From an uncultured virus (IMG/VR IMGVR_UViG_3300046171_000301) (lineage: Duplodnaviria; Heunggongvirae; Uroviricota; Caudoviricetes), in IMG/VR virus record IMGVR_UViG_3300046171_000301: 64,000 nt of DNA, one strand, 5' to 3'. Below the pieces are notes generated by a model, which worked only from the letters and a program-made list of their open reading frames with translations, was not told where the DNA came from and did not search any database. Positions 30,011 through 39,732 of this stretch are shown piece by piece. Made by a program: the position numbers and the translations under genes. Numbering within the stretch: the first letter of the stretch is position 1; the number at the start of each line of letters is the position of its first letter.

Positions 30011-30599
30011 CAAACTAAAGGCGCAAGGCTTAAAGCTTCCCCTCTATCCCACTCCACAAATTATTGAGAGGGCTAGAACTGTAATGGGCAGCATTGACCT
30101 AGACCCTACTTCAGATCCTGTTCAACAAGTTCTTGTTGATGCTGTATCTGTCCCATCACTTGAAGTAAATCCACTCCAAGAGCATTGGCATGGAAATGTT
30201 TTTGTAGCTCCAAAAGGAGCAGTACGTAATAGCCGACTGTGGTTTAATAAAACACTTAGTGAATATAGAAATTCTTATATTGATTCATTTATATTTTTTA
30301 CAAGTGCCTCTGAATTATTAAGAGCCTGTCCTGCGATTTACGATTATCCATTTTGTATCCCTTTTAAACGTGTTAGACAGTTACGCGCCACTGGCAATGG
30401 ATTTGAACACGTTTCACCTTCTACGTGGAATGTTATTGTTTATGGGCCTCCACTTGATCAAGTTATATCAGATATTGATAAAGTAAGCCTTTTCTACAAT
30501 ACCTTTAGAGACATTGGCAGAATTTGCTATAACGAATACTCAGGTGATGATTGGTCAAAAGATCTTCAGTATTATGACGATAATCGGGGAAATGTATAA
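29931..30599 (+). CDS. phage N6-adenine methyltransferase-like protein with degenerate catalytic motif
   Basis: TP.IIE.AR.VMG.IDLDP.S and WHGNVF, but APKG in place of NPPY. Confidence 0.65.
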   Translation: MQEQEHLQLKQEGAKKASERSHQNLHDKLKAQGLKLPLYPTPQIIERARTVMGSIDLDPTSDPVQQVLVDAVSVPSLEVNPLQEHWHGNVFVAPKGAVRNSRLWFNKTLSEYRNSYIDSFIFFTSASELLRACPAIYDYPFCIPFKRVRQLRATGNGFEHVSPSTWNVIVYGPPLDQVISDIDKVSLFYNTFRDIGRICYNEYSGDDWSKDLQYYDDNRGNV

Positions 30600-31012
30600 T
30601 GCACAAACATATTCCCAAGCAATATCTTTATACACTTCCTTCAGGTACCAATGTTCATCCATGCAGATTAATAGTAAAAGATGGATCCTTAATGTGGAAA
30701 CATGCTCTATTAATGCAAAATAAATATTTATTTATTCCCGAATCATTAGCTCACGAAGTTCATATTATTAAAACTGCTCAACGAATTGAGGATTTAAATA
30801 CCTGGTTAATGGACGATTTAAATCCATGGGAAAGCTTAATTCCGCAATATTGGTACTATCCAGAAGACAAAGAGCTAAGCGAGGGGATTGCTTTGTATAT
30901 GAAACATTTTCTTCATTCGAATGATTATGTGCTGGAAAAACTTTCTGATCATCTTCAAGAGCATGAAACACTAACAATAAGAGACAATTATTTGTTTTTT
31001 AAACGTTGTTAG
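30599..31012 (+). CDS. hypothetical protein
   Basis: ORF track. Confidence 0.65.
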   Translation: MHKHIPKQYLYTLPSGTNVHPCRLIVKDGSLMWKHALLMQNKYLFIPESLAHEVHIIKTAQRIEDLNTWLMDDLNPWESLIPQYWYYPEDKELSEGIALYMKHFLHSNDYVLEKLSDHLQEHETLTIRDNYLFFKRC

Positions 31013-31103
31013 GCCGGCTAACGCCGTCAATTATCCATGTGAATACATCGCAAATCACGCTGATATTCTTTATATTGAAATTGAGATTACGACATACAAA
31101 AAT

Positions 31104-31418
31104 ATGGATTACGACCAGTTTTTAAAAGAAAACGAAGAATTCAAAAAATGGCAATTGTCTATTCTTTCTGACATAGATGAAGCATCTGAAGGCAAATGTA
31201 TTGATGACATGGTTAACCATCCGTCTCACTACACAGGAGGTAATCAAGAAGTTATAGATACTATTGAAGATGCTGTGAAAGATGCACCTTCTCCAGTACT
31301 AGGCGGTCTGCAATGGAATGTACTTAAATACATAATGCGTATGTGGCTTAAAGATAATCCAAAAAAAGATGCAGAAAAAGCGCAATGGTATTTGTTGCGG
31401 TTAATTGATAAGCTATGA
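31104..31418 (+). CDS. DUF3310 (SaV-like / T7 gp1.7-like) protein
   Basis: VNHPSHY, N.LKY..R, D..KA.WYL. Confidence 0.88.
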   Translation: MDYDQFLKENEEFKKWQLSILSDIDEASEGKCIDDMVNHPSHYTGGNQEVIDTIEDAVKDAPSPVLGGLQWNVLKYIMRMWLKDNPKKDAEKAQWYLLRLIDKL

Positions 31419-31885
31419 CACTAATTAAAGGAGACCCGTCATATATAGACGACAAAGATAAATACTTTATCAATATTGCAAAAGCTGTTAGAGAAGGATC
31501 AAACCATCCAACAATCCCAGGCGGCTGCATTATTGCCAGAGATCGTGAGATTATTGGGGACGGTAGAAATCTAATTGCTGCTTGTAAAGTAGAAATTGAT
31601 TGTATTTCGTATGCAATTGGAGTTGCTTCTAAACGAGGTACATCATTAGCTGGGTCAGTCGTATATTCAACACGATATCCATTTAGTTCTTCAATTTTTC
31701 AATTACATCTTATGGGCATAAAAAAAGTCATCGTCTTATCAGAAGGTGAATGGGAACCATATTATGTAGATGAATTTAGAAGAGCTAGTCGATTAGGAGA
31801 TGAATTACAAGTTAAGATAATTGATTACTATGAAGACAAAGATCAAAGGTTTGCAACAAATACCCAAGCACCAAAATTTAATTGA
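31415..31885 (+). CDS. dCMP deaminase-like protein lacking zinc ligands
   Basis: D.YF..IA..V...S, G.N, G.VVYST..P, GIKKV fold motifs; no HAE or PCxxC. Confidence 0.65.
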   Translation: MTLIKGDPSYIDDKDKYFINIAKAVREGSNHPTIPGGCIIARDREIIGDGRNLIAACKVEIDCISYAIGVASKRGTSLAGSVVYSTRYPFSSSIFQLHLMGIKKVIVLSEGEWEPYYVDEFRRASRLGDELQVKIIDYYEDKDQRFATNTQAPKFN

Positions 31886-31932
31886 AGCAAATAAATTTAA
31901 AGAAAACTTTTTGATAGAAAAAATCTAGACAC

Positions 31933-32457
31933 ATGACGCAAACATTACTATTTGATTTAGAAAGTACCGGTTTATTGCGCAGTGGGTCAAAAATTCACTG
32001 CATTGTTGCACGTGATGTTGAAAACTCTAATGATCATTTAGTCTATGATCATCGTCCGGATCAATCAATTGAGATGGGAATTGAACGGCTATTACGTTCA
32101 GATGTGTTAATTGGACATAATATCATTGGATATGATATACCTCTAATTAAAGAACAATATGACTTCGACTACGAAGGAGAAATCATTGATACTCTTGTGC
32201 TGTCTCGTTTGTTTTATCCCCATATTCTTGACCGTGATTACGAAAGACGCCCTACAGGCATGCCGCAAAAACTTTATGGAAGACACTCCTTAGAAGCATG
32301 GGGCTATCGACTGAAATGCTTTAAAGGCGACTATGCTAAACATGAAGGTGCTTGGGAAACATACAGCCCTGAAATGCTCAGTTACTGCATTCAGGATACA
32401 GCCGTAACACTAAAAGTATACGAACTAATGACTAGGAGGATGGAAGACTATGCTTGA
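31933..32457 (+). CDS. 3'-5' exonuclease subunit of a split family A DNA polymerase
   Basis: FDLES, GHNIIGYD, HSLEAWGYRL, YCIQD (T7 gp5-like). Confidence 0.92.
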   Translation: MTQTLLFDLESTGLLRSGSKIHCIVARDVENSNDHLVYDHRPDQSIEMGIERLLRSDVLIGHNIIGYDIPLIKEQYDFDYEGEIIDTLVLSRLFYPHILDRDYERRPTGMPQKLYGRHSLEAWGYRLKCFKGDYAKHEGAWETYSPEMLSYCIQDTAVTLKVYELMTRRMEDYA

Positions 32458-33751
32458 CTGTGTATCGTTAGAAATGCGCATGGCCACTATTATGGCTATG
32501 CAAGAAGCATCTGGATTTAAGTTTGATCTTGATAATGCTGATGCTGTAAGAGATAAGCTGCGCAAAGAATCAGAGGAAATTGAAAACCAGATACAGAAGC
32601 GTTATCGCTATGTTCCTGGAAAAGTGTTTACTCCAAAGCGTAGGGATAAAAAGAATGGATATCACTCAGGTGCCCCTATGACGCGCCTTGAGCCGTTTAA
32701 CCCCACTAGTCGTCAGCACATTGCCTGGGCACTAAAGACGCACCGAGGAGCACGTTTTACAAAGGTTACAGATACAGGCAAGCCTAAGGTCGATGAGGCG
32801 ACTCTTTCTGAAGTACGAGACATTGCACTTCAGCAAAAAAATACTGATTTACATAAAGAGTGCGAATGGTTTATTCGACTACTAACTCTCCAGAAATGGC
32901 TGGGACAACTATCAGAAGGATCTAATTCATGGTTTAACACTATTGAAGAAGATGGCTGTATCCATCACAGCTGCACTCTGGCTACGCAGACAGGCAGAAA
33001 CGCGCATCGTGGTCCAAACCTTGGACAAGTTGTGAGTGCTCCTTGGGCACGTGAGCTGTTTGTTCCTCACTCTGGCATGGTCATGGTTGGTAGTGACCTT
33101 GAAGGACTAGAGCTGAGGTGCTTAGGGCATTATCTCCACAGGTTTGATGAGGGGTCTTTTGCTCGTGTTGTTCTTGAAGGGGATATCCATCAGCAGAATG
33201 CTGATCGTGTGGGCTGCACTCGTTCTGAAGTTAAGACCCTTACGTATGCCTTTATCTATGGTGCAGGCGATCTGAAGTTAGGCCACAGCTTGCGTCCTGA
33301 ACTCTCTGATGCTCAGAAAAAAGCTCTGGGATCTGATCTACGAAAGAAATTTTTGGCAGCAATCCCCGGCCTTGAGCCGCTTGTAGAAGCTGTCAAAATG
33401 AAAGTACGTACAACTGGCCGTATTAAAGGGCTAGATGGTCGTCCTATTTTCTGTCGCGCAGAACATAGCTCGCTTAATTTCTTGCTTCAGTCTGCCGGCG
33501 CAATTTTGAGCAAGAGGTGGGTTGTTACTACTCAAGAAATGTTAGACAATGCTGGACTTACATATAATGTAGATTACACACGTTGTGCATATGTGCATGA
33601 TGAACAGCAGTTTTCTGTTGTTCCATCAGAAGTATTGCAAGTCCAAACCATATGTATTGCCGCTGCACCTAAAGCAGGTGAATACTATGGGTTTAAAGTT
33701 CCAATCGCTGCAGCCGCAATGACTGGTGACAACTGGGCTAAGACGCATTAA
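32450..33751 (+). CDS. polA: family A DNA polymerase catalytic subunit (T7-like)
   Basis: [17 protein letters not shown]...[15 protein letters not shown]. Confidence 0.95.
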   Translation: MLDCVSLEMRMATIMAMQEASGFKFDLDNADAVRDKLRKESEEIENQIQKRYRYVPGKVFTPKRRDKKNGYHSGAPMTRLEPFNPTSRQHIAWALKTHRGARFTKVTDTGKPKVDEATLSEVRDIALQQKNTDLHKECEWFIRLLTLQKWLGQLSEGSNSWFNTIEEDGCIHHSCTLATQTGRNAHRGPNLGQVVSAPWARELFVPHSGMVMVGSDLEGLELRCLGHYLHRFDEGSFARVVLEGDIHQQNADRVGCTRSEVKTLTYAFIYGAGDLKLGHSLRPELSDAQKKALGSDLRKKFLAAIPGLEPLVEAVKMKVRTTGRIKGLDGRPIFCRAEHSSLNFLLQSAGAILSKRWVVTTQEMLDNAGLTYNVDYTRCAYVHDEQQFSVVPSEVLQVQTICIAAAPKAGEYYGFKVPIAAAAMTGDNWAKTH

Positions 33752-33765
33752 ATAATTTATGGTTA

Positions 33766-34062
33766 ATGTCTAAATTTAAAATAAATATTACTACAAGCAA
33801 TGGAGAGTTTGAATTTGATTGCTACGACGATCAATACATATTAGATGCCGCTGAGGAAGCGAGTATTTATTTACCATCTGCATGTCGTGTTGGATCTTGT
33901 AGTACTTGCTGCGCTAAAGTAGTTATGGGTACTCTTGATCAATCAGCACAAAACTATCTTGATGATTATCAAATAGAAGAGGGGTTTGTAATGTTATGCG
34001 TTGCTTATCCCACTTCTGATTGCATAATACAAGGGGAGACCGAAGAAGAACTTTTGAGTTAA
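33766..34062 (+). CDS. petF: plant-type [2Fe-2S] ferredoxin
   Basis: [27 protein letters not shown]. Confidence 0.96.
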   Translation: MSKFKINITTSNGEFEFDCYDDQYILDAAEEASIYLPSACRVGSCSTCCAKVVMGTLDQSAQNYLDDYQIEEGFVMLCVAYPTSDCIIQGETEEELLS

Positions 34063-34281
34063 CTAGTATGGAAGATGATGATCTACTTCTCGCGTTACAT
34101 TTAAATGAAACGACTGCAAAACTATTATTAAAGTCAGTCGATTTCTTTTTACAGCGTTGGCCAGGAGGAGACCCTTCTGAACAGACTGGTTTGACAATGC
34201 TCAAAACGCGACTGCAAGGTTGTGTTCTTGAGTATCAAATGCGGAAGTAACAGATAAACAAACATTTTTTGATTATTAATT

Positions 34282-34950
34282 ATGTTCAAATATATTGCAG
34301 CATTATTGCTGATGACTTCTCCTGTGCAAGCTAAAGATCCAGAAGTCAACTATTACACATCTGAAGCTATGGGATGCATGATTTTAAAAGAATGCAACCA
34401 AGACGTACAACAAATTAAAAATTTTGCAGATTTGTACGCACACTACAACATAACTGAAATTGATAAATACAAAAAAGAAGTTGCAGGAATTCTTGCCGCT
34501 TTAAATGAATTAAATATTGAAGTGTATTTGGGGCCACAGCGCTACTTTAGGGTAGGTGAAAGAGGGCTTTATCATACAGAGCATAACCGTATGTTTTTAA
34601 ATGCAGGTTATCTATCAAATCCGGAAGCGTTGATTTCTACATTGCGCCATGAAGTATGGCATACTGCTCAAGACTGCATGGCAGGTACACTTGACAATAG
34701 TTATGTAGCTGTAATTTTAGATGAAAACACAATCCCTCCAATGTACAAAGCCCTAACACAAAGTAAATATGGCTTGTTGATGTCTGCGGCAATACCTTGG
34801 GAACAAGAAGCTGTCTATGCGGCTACTGTAGAAAATATGTCCTTGCACGCTATTGAGTCTTGTGCTGCCGGACCTATGTGGGAAGTCTATTCTCCGACGC
34901 CTCTGACAAAAAAGTACTTAGTGACCGAGGGTTTCATGGCACCACTGTAA
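34282..34950 (+). CDS. putative zinc metallopeptidase with signal peptide
   Basis: LRHEVWH HExxH motif and downstream EQEA. Confidence 0.7.
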   Translation: MFKYIAALLLMTSPVQAKDPEVNYYTSEAMGCMILKECNQDVQQIKNFADLYAHYNITEIDKYKKEVAGILAALNELNIEVYLGPQRYFRVGERGLYHTEHNRMFLNAGYLSNPEALISTLRHEVWHTAQDCMAGTLDNSYVAVILDENTIPPMYKALTQSKYGLLMSAAIPWEQEAVYAATVENMSLHAIESCAAGPMWEVYSPTPLTKKYLVTEGFMAPL

Positions 34951-35360
34951 ATCAATCAGAGCATTGGAATCTAAACAATGCTTTGAATTATTTAATAAGT
35001 AAAGGATTATCCGCAACTCATGCAAAAGGGATTTTGACAAATGCTTGGCGTGAGTCAGAATTTAACGCTGAAGCAGAGGGAGATTACGGCACTTCACTGG
35101 GTCTATTCCAATGGCATGCGGTGCGTAAGCATCACATGTTAAAAACATTAGGATCTCAATGGTCTAATCCTTTTAAACAACTTGATTACTTGTTTATTGA
35201 ACCAGTTAATTTGTCTGGTTATTCTATTAAAGATTATCAAAGTACAAACTTTAAATCAATTCAAGCTGCAGCTGATGAATGGATGAGAAGATGGGAAAGA
35301 CCTGCAAGTCCTTTTAAAGCTTCAATTAAACACCGATCAATTATCAAAAAACTCTGGTAA
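34860..35360 (+). CDS. phage tail lysozyme-like protein (start uncertain, TTG 34983 possible)
   Basis: GIL.N..RES, GLFQW, QLDY, WERP motifs. Confidence 0.8.
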   Translation: MCCRTYVGSLFSDASDKKVLSDRGFHGTTVNQSEHWNLNNALNYLISKGLSATHAKGILTNAWRESEFNAEAEGDYGTSLGLFQWHAVRKHHMLKTLGSQWSNPFKQLDYLFIEPVNLSGYSIKDYQSTNFKSIQAAADEWMRRWERPASPFKASIKHRSIIKKLW

Positions 35361-35402
35361 TGTTCGCCATAAACCAGTAACAACAGCTACAATTAATATA
35401 TA

Positions 35403-35451
35403 CGTTGATCCTCAGAGAGGACGCAAGTACCACCGCCAGTGGGAAGCAACG
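35403..35451 (+). ncRNA. glutamine riboswitch (glnA motif)
   Basis: P1 CGTTG/CAACG; P2 TCCTC/GAGGA; junction CGCAAGTA; P3 CCAC/GTGG; GAAG; 30 nt upstream of a YRG peptide gene. Confidence 0.85.
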
Positions 35452-35481
35452 GGAAATATAAACCTCTACTGGAAAATTTAA

Positions 35482-35667
35482 ATGACCGATCTTCAAGCTC
35501 GTGCAATCACTAATGCACGTAAAAACTTTGAGCGTGCCCGTAAAGAACTCGATCAAATTAAATTGAGCGAAACACGTTATCGTGGCAATCTGTATACCAC
35601 CGACGCTCGTCATCCTCAGAACGTGCACGGAACATTTACTTATCGTGGTCAGACTTACGTCAAGTGA
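35482..35667 (+). CDS. DUF4278-like small protein (two YRG motifs)
   Basis: RYRGNLY and TYRGQTY; downstream of riboswitch. Confidence 0.8.
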   Translation: MTDLQARAITNARKNFERARKELDQIKLSETRYRGNLYTTDARHPQNVHGTFTYRGQTYVK

Positions 35668-35714
35668 CTGCAAGGAACAATAGAATAATGAAAGCAACCC
35701 ATTGCTTATGAATA

Positions 35715-35906
35715 ATGTACCTCTATATTCCAAAAGACTTAGACAAACGTCGAAATAAAAAACGACCTATAGAGCCGGAAATGATTTTTGCTAGTCTTTG
35801 CTACAGAGGCGTCCATTATTCGAAATGGGTATGCATAAATTCATTAGCTTTAAATTATCAAAAAATACATGGTGAGCCAATGGAAGATTGGACACTAGAT
35901 TGGTAA
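35715..35906 (+). CDS. second YRG-motif small protein
   Basis: LCYRGVHY. Confidence 0.6.
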   Translation: MYLYIPKDLDKRRNKKRPIEPEMIFASLCYRGVHYSKWVCINSLALNYQKIHGEPMEDWTLDW

Positions 35907-35909
35907 GCC

Positions 35910-35934
35910 AAGGCCCACTAATGTGGGCTTTTTT
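35910..35934 (+). terminator. intrinsic terminator
   Basis: GCCCAC-TAAT-GTGGGC-TTTTTT. Confidence 0.75.
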
Positions 35935-35954
35935 ATATTTTCTTATAAACTTCA

Positions 35955-36464
35955 ATGAATTCTATCAACGAAATAATCATCAATTATTCAGTCGGAATTA
36001 TTGATTTTTTGTACAACGATAGGCCTTTCCAAAGATTTTGGGTATTAGAAACTATTGCACGTGCTCCATATTTTTCATTTTTAAGTGTTTTACACTTTAA
36101 GGAATCATTGGGATTACGAGGTGATTCACATTTATTTTTAATGGAAGAGCATTTTAAACAATCAGTCAACGAGACTGAGCACCTTGAAATAATGGAATCA
36201 CGTAACGGAAACGAACATTGGGTTGATAGATTTTTTGCATATCATTTAGTTCTGATATATTACTGGGCTATGGTGTTCTATTATCTTTTCTTTCCTGTTT
36301 ATGCTTATGACTTTAACGTTCGTATAGAAGAGCATGCAGTACATACTTATTCAGAATACTTAAAGCTGATTGATCCTAGTGATGCGCAGATAATTCAAAT
36401 TATGACTGATGAGCAAAATCACGTTAAAGAGCTTAAAAATGCGCAAAAACTAATCATCATTTAA
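35955..36464 (+). CDS. ptoX: plastoquinol terminal oxidase
   Basis: RFWVLETIARAPYF, NETEHL, EEHA..TY, DEQNH. Confidence 0.95.
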   Translation: MNSINEIIINYSVGIIDFLYNDRPFQRFWVLETIARAPYFSFLSVLHFKESLGLRGDSHLFLMEEHFKQSVNETEHLEIMESRNGNEHWVDRFFAYHLVLIYYWAMVFYYLFFPVYAYDFNVRIEEHAVHTYSEYLKLIDPSDAQIIQIMTDEQNHVKELKNAQKLIII

Positions 36465-36563
36465 GACACATATTATACTGTCTTTCCCCAATCATGGTCT
36501 AATTAGTTTATAGTTATTGAAGTGAAGAAATTTCACTAATCATTTATACCTACTATAAATTAA

Positions 36564-36941
36564 ATGTCTACTATTTCAAAGGCTGCAATTGCCGGTATTG
36601 TTTTTGTTTCAGCTCCAGCAGCAATGGCTGGTCCTTTTGTCAATGCTGAAACCAACGCTTCATACTTTGGTGACGCACGAGAATCGACTGTAACTGATGT
36701 TCACTTTGGTTATGACTTCGCCTTAAGCGAAAAAGCAACCGTGACTCTTCAAGGCGGCCCTGCATTTGTTTCTATTCCAGACACTGGCATGGAGCACGAA
36801 ATCTCTGGCAAAGTTGCGCTCAGCGTAGACGCAACAGAAAAGCTAAATGTATATGGAGAAGTGTCTGCAATCACTGTTGAGCGCGATATTGAAGCCGACT
36901 TCCCTGTAGGCCTTAAGGCTGGAGTGAAGTACTCTTTTTAA
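36564..36941 (+). CDS. small outer-membrane beta-barrel-like protein
   Basis: Signal peptide, alternating beta strands, terminal KYSF. Confidence 0.7.
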   Translation: MSTISKAAIAGIVFVSAPAAMAGPFVNAETNASYFGDARESTVTDVHFGYDFALSEKATVTLQGGPAFVSIPDTGMEHEISGKVALSVDATEKLNVYGEVSAITVERDIEADFPVGLKAGVKYSF

Positions 36942-38013
36942 TATCTTGGATTTTGTGGTTAGCTTTTTTAGCTTTTTTCAGTATTAATTGAGCTTCTTTT
37001 CGAGTTAAGCATTTTCTTGCTTTCTCTTGAAGAAGCTCTATTTTTTTCTGTTGTTTTAAAACACTCATAATTTTTAAGTACCACGAAGCTCTTTGAATCG
37101 TGCCAGTTCATTACTGCGAGCTTGAAGTGCGTTTATTTGTCGACCAATACCATAGTTAAAGGAACCAGCACCACCCATCTGTGCTGGAGAAAGGGTTGTT
37201 GACTTAGGTCTGTTCTCTTCGTATGCAAGCATGCCTAACCTTGTCTTAGCGCGTGATCGAGCGTTAGACCATTGATTGCGATCATTGGCATTAAGACGTC
37301 TACGGTCGACTGAGTTATCTCTTGTTAGTCTCACTATTTAAATCGCTGACAATCCTATTATATCCCCATTCACTTTCTGCGCTTTCAAATATAGTTATCC
37401 ACTCTGCATCCGCTTTTAATAGCTCTTCAGGCATTGATCGCATGAGTTCAATGATCGCTGCACGATGATGTGAAAGATCACTATTATATTGTTCAAAGTA
37501 ATGGTTTAAGTCAATCACTTTAGACCAACAAACTGTTGAATTTCTTTGATTGCTACAGACACTGGCTGCAGTGTGGTCACCATTTTTTGTAATGTCTGCT
37601 TGTCAATTACTTCAACAACTTTGTTAGTTTCTTCAAGTCGGGTATCAAACTCAGCTTGTTTAATTTCTACTACTTCAATTCTTGCAGAAGTATGTGCAAT
37701 TAAACTTTCCAGTTCTTCTTCAACTTTTTTGTTTTTATAAAGAGAAAATTTGATTCCAATGGCCAAAGCCAATGCTGGACCAATAACGTATTCCATATAC
37801 ATGTGTAATCTGAAATTAGTCTAGCTATATTTCTACATCAACATGAGGTCATCATCATCTAAATCCTCATCTTCCCAGCCAACATCCTCAATGTCAGTTG
37901 ACATCTCATCCTCAGAATTTAAAGTAAGAAGTTCGCAGAAGGTCTCTTCTGAAATAATTTCAGGTAGACCAGATCCTTGATTTTCTTCAATTTTAAATAG
38001 AATTCCATTTCCT

Positions 38014-38505
38014 CTAAGCATATTCTGCACACCATTCTTCATTTCCATCCTGGATCTTAATAACCTTAGAGCTACTTTTTCTAGAGCAGGTCGACTCATG
38101 CGCACAACTTCGTACCTTGCGCGTGTTAAAGCGAACCTTTGCTCTATGTTCAATTCGTTCATCTGTATCTGACTCCAGGTGTTTGTTGTCTATCCATTCT
38201 TGAATAAGTTCATGAGCTACTTCGTTATAGAAATCTTGCTCCTGATACCAGGTTAACCAATCTTGAGAACCTTTCGAGTGATTACACTGTAAGCAAGATG
38301 GAACTAAATTAGACCTAAGGCTGCTGCCACCTCGGCAACGTGGTTTTAAATGATCAAGCGTTGTTGCCCTACGACATCGGCAATAAATACATAAACCGCC
38401 AAACGCTCTTCGAATTGAACTTCGGAATTGTCGTTTGGCTGTGCTGCTTTTTAAGCAATGGAGCTCATCATACATAAGCTCACTCCAGTCTTCGACAATA
38501 TGCAT
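38014..38505 (-). CDS. HNH endonuclease
   Basis: CIYC, TLDHLKP, GG...NLVPSC..CN..K. Confidence 0.88.
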   Translation of the reverse strand: MHIVEDWSELMYDELHCLKSSTAKRQFRSSIRRAFGGLCIYCRCRRATTLDHLKPRCRGGSSLRSNLVPSCLQCNHSKGSQDWLTWYQEQDFYNEVAHELIQEWIDNKHLESDTDERIEHRAKVRFNTRKVRSCAHESTCSRKSSSKVIKIQDGNEEWCAEYA

Positions 38506-38922
38506 ATAGTTGTGGGGAACAACTTACGCTTAATATAACTACTTATCGATTCAAACTTCTAAATGTCTTTGCCGATGAATGGTGGACTATCTTTATCGTC
38601 ATCATCCTCATCTTCTAGTGGTATGAGCATCTGATGTTTTTGAATATCAATGCGCAGCTGCTTAATTCGCTCTTTTAGCTGCTTATAAAATTCAAGTTCT
38701 TCATTTATGTCGTCTTGTCTACTCATCACACCATTGTGTCATAACATTCTTCTGCGACCTTGCCACGAAAATAATCGATCAGCATCTGTTTATTACGAGC
38801 ATCTAAATTATCATCAATTAAAATTTCTATTTTCTTTTCCATCCAACGCTCGCAGCTCATATGCCAGTCATACGGGCTGTCACTGTGAGATACATTTAAT
38901 ATCACTATCAGCACAAAAGGAA

Positions 38923-39084
38923 TCATGCCTCAGGAAGCAGCGCATCTTTGACTGCTTTGACAGCAAGATCATCAAGAGTATTTTCAGTCTTCTTAGCTAA
39001 AGCTTCAAGAAGATCGACAATCAACTTCTTGACTTTTTTAGATGTAAGAAAACTAAAAAGGATGGGGCGAATAATAGCAATCAT
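38923..39084 (-). CDS. small hypothetical protein (MIAIIRPILF...ENTLDD)
   Basis: Hand-translated 53 aa. Confidence 0.6.
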   Translation of the reverse strand: MIAIIRPILFSFLTSKKVKKLIVDLLEALAKKTENTLDDLAVKAVKDALLPEA

Positions 39085-39110
39085 TGTATTGTCATAATCT
39101 TTTAAATATT

Positions 39111-39632
39111 CTAACTAAATGAAGGTAAAGGCTCGTAGAATGATTCTGGAGAGGTGGTCGAGTGGTTTATGGCTCCAGTCTTGAAAACTGGCGTGTCTTC
39201 ACGGGCACCAGGGGTTCGAATCCCCTCCTCTCCGTTCAATAATTTTTGAAGACGCTTTATTGCTCGTTGTATTTGAAATGAGCTACTTTTTCTGTCACCG
39301 TTTTCTAAGCAATCAATAGCGTTATTGACGAAGCAACCAACTTGCAAATTAGCCATACTATTGTTATTGTGATTCCCATCGATATGACAAGCCTGTTCCC
39401 AGTTTTCAAGTTCTCTCCCCAGCTTTGCTGACAAGACCACTCTGTGAGAAAGCTTGCTTATACCAGTACCATGTTTGCATAAACGTACACCTAAACAACA
39501 ACGCCTTGCAGTTGTCTTGTTAAAGGTCCATTGTTTTAACACTTTTCTTTGTCCCTGCTTATATGAAATAAATTCTCCGCTTTCTGTTGCAAAGTATCCT
39601 TCATAGCCAGGAACAGGATATTCCCGTTCCAT
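39111..39632 (-). CDS. NUMOD4-type HNH homing endonuclease
   Basis: PVPGYEGY N-terminus; SHRVV, HIDGN..NN...NL. Confidence 0.85.
   Translation of the reverse strand: MEREYPVPGYEGYFATESGEFISYKQGQRKVLKQWTFNKTTARRCCLGVRLCKHGTGISKLSHRVVLSAKLGRELENWEQACHIDGNHNNNSMANLQVGCFVNNAIDCLENGDRKSSSFQIQRAIKRLQKLLNGEEGIRTPGAREDTPVFKTGAINHSTTSPESFYEPLPSFS
39148..39234 (+). tRNA. tRNA-Ser(TGA)
   Basis: GGAGAGG/CCTCTCC acceptor; CCAGT-CTTGAAA-ACTGG; long variable arm. Confidence 0.95.
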
Positions 39633-39688
39633 ATATATTTAGCATTTCAATTACTTTAGCTAGACAACATTTACCATGTGAGGCCATT

Positions 39689-39716
39689 AAAAAAAGCCCG
39701 ACACATGGCCGGGCTG
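39689..39716 (-). terminator. intrinsic terminator after the recombinase
   Basis: Minus strand AGCCCGGC-CATGT-GTCGGGCT followed by a T run. Confidence 0.7.
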
Positions 39717-39732
39717 AAGTGTGATTTTGTGA

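Noticed and set aside
35355..35400. GTTCGCCATAAACC resembles part of the fluoride riboswitch
   Set aside because: Lacks the GAUG 5' core and the 3' pseudoknot strand; no fluoride-related gene downstream
35910..35934. TAAT/TAAC-loop hairpins at 35910 and 51605 as members of the repeat family
   Set aside because: No CCGG stem and clear T tracts, so treated as ordinary terminators; they do show that this loop can also occur in terminators
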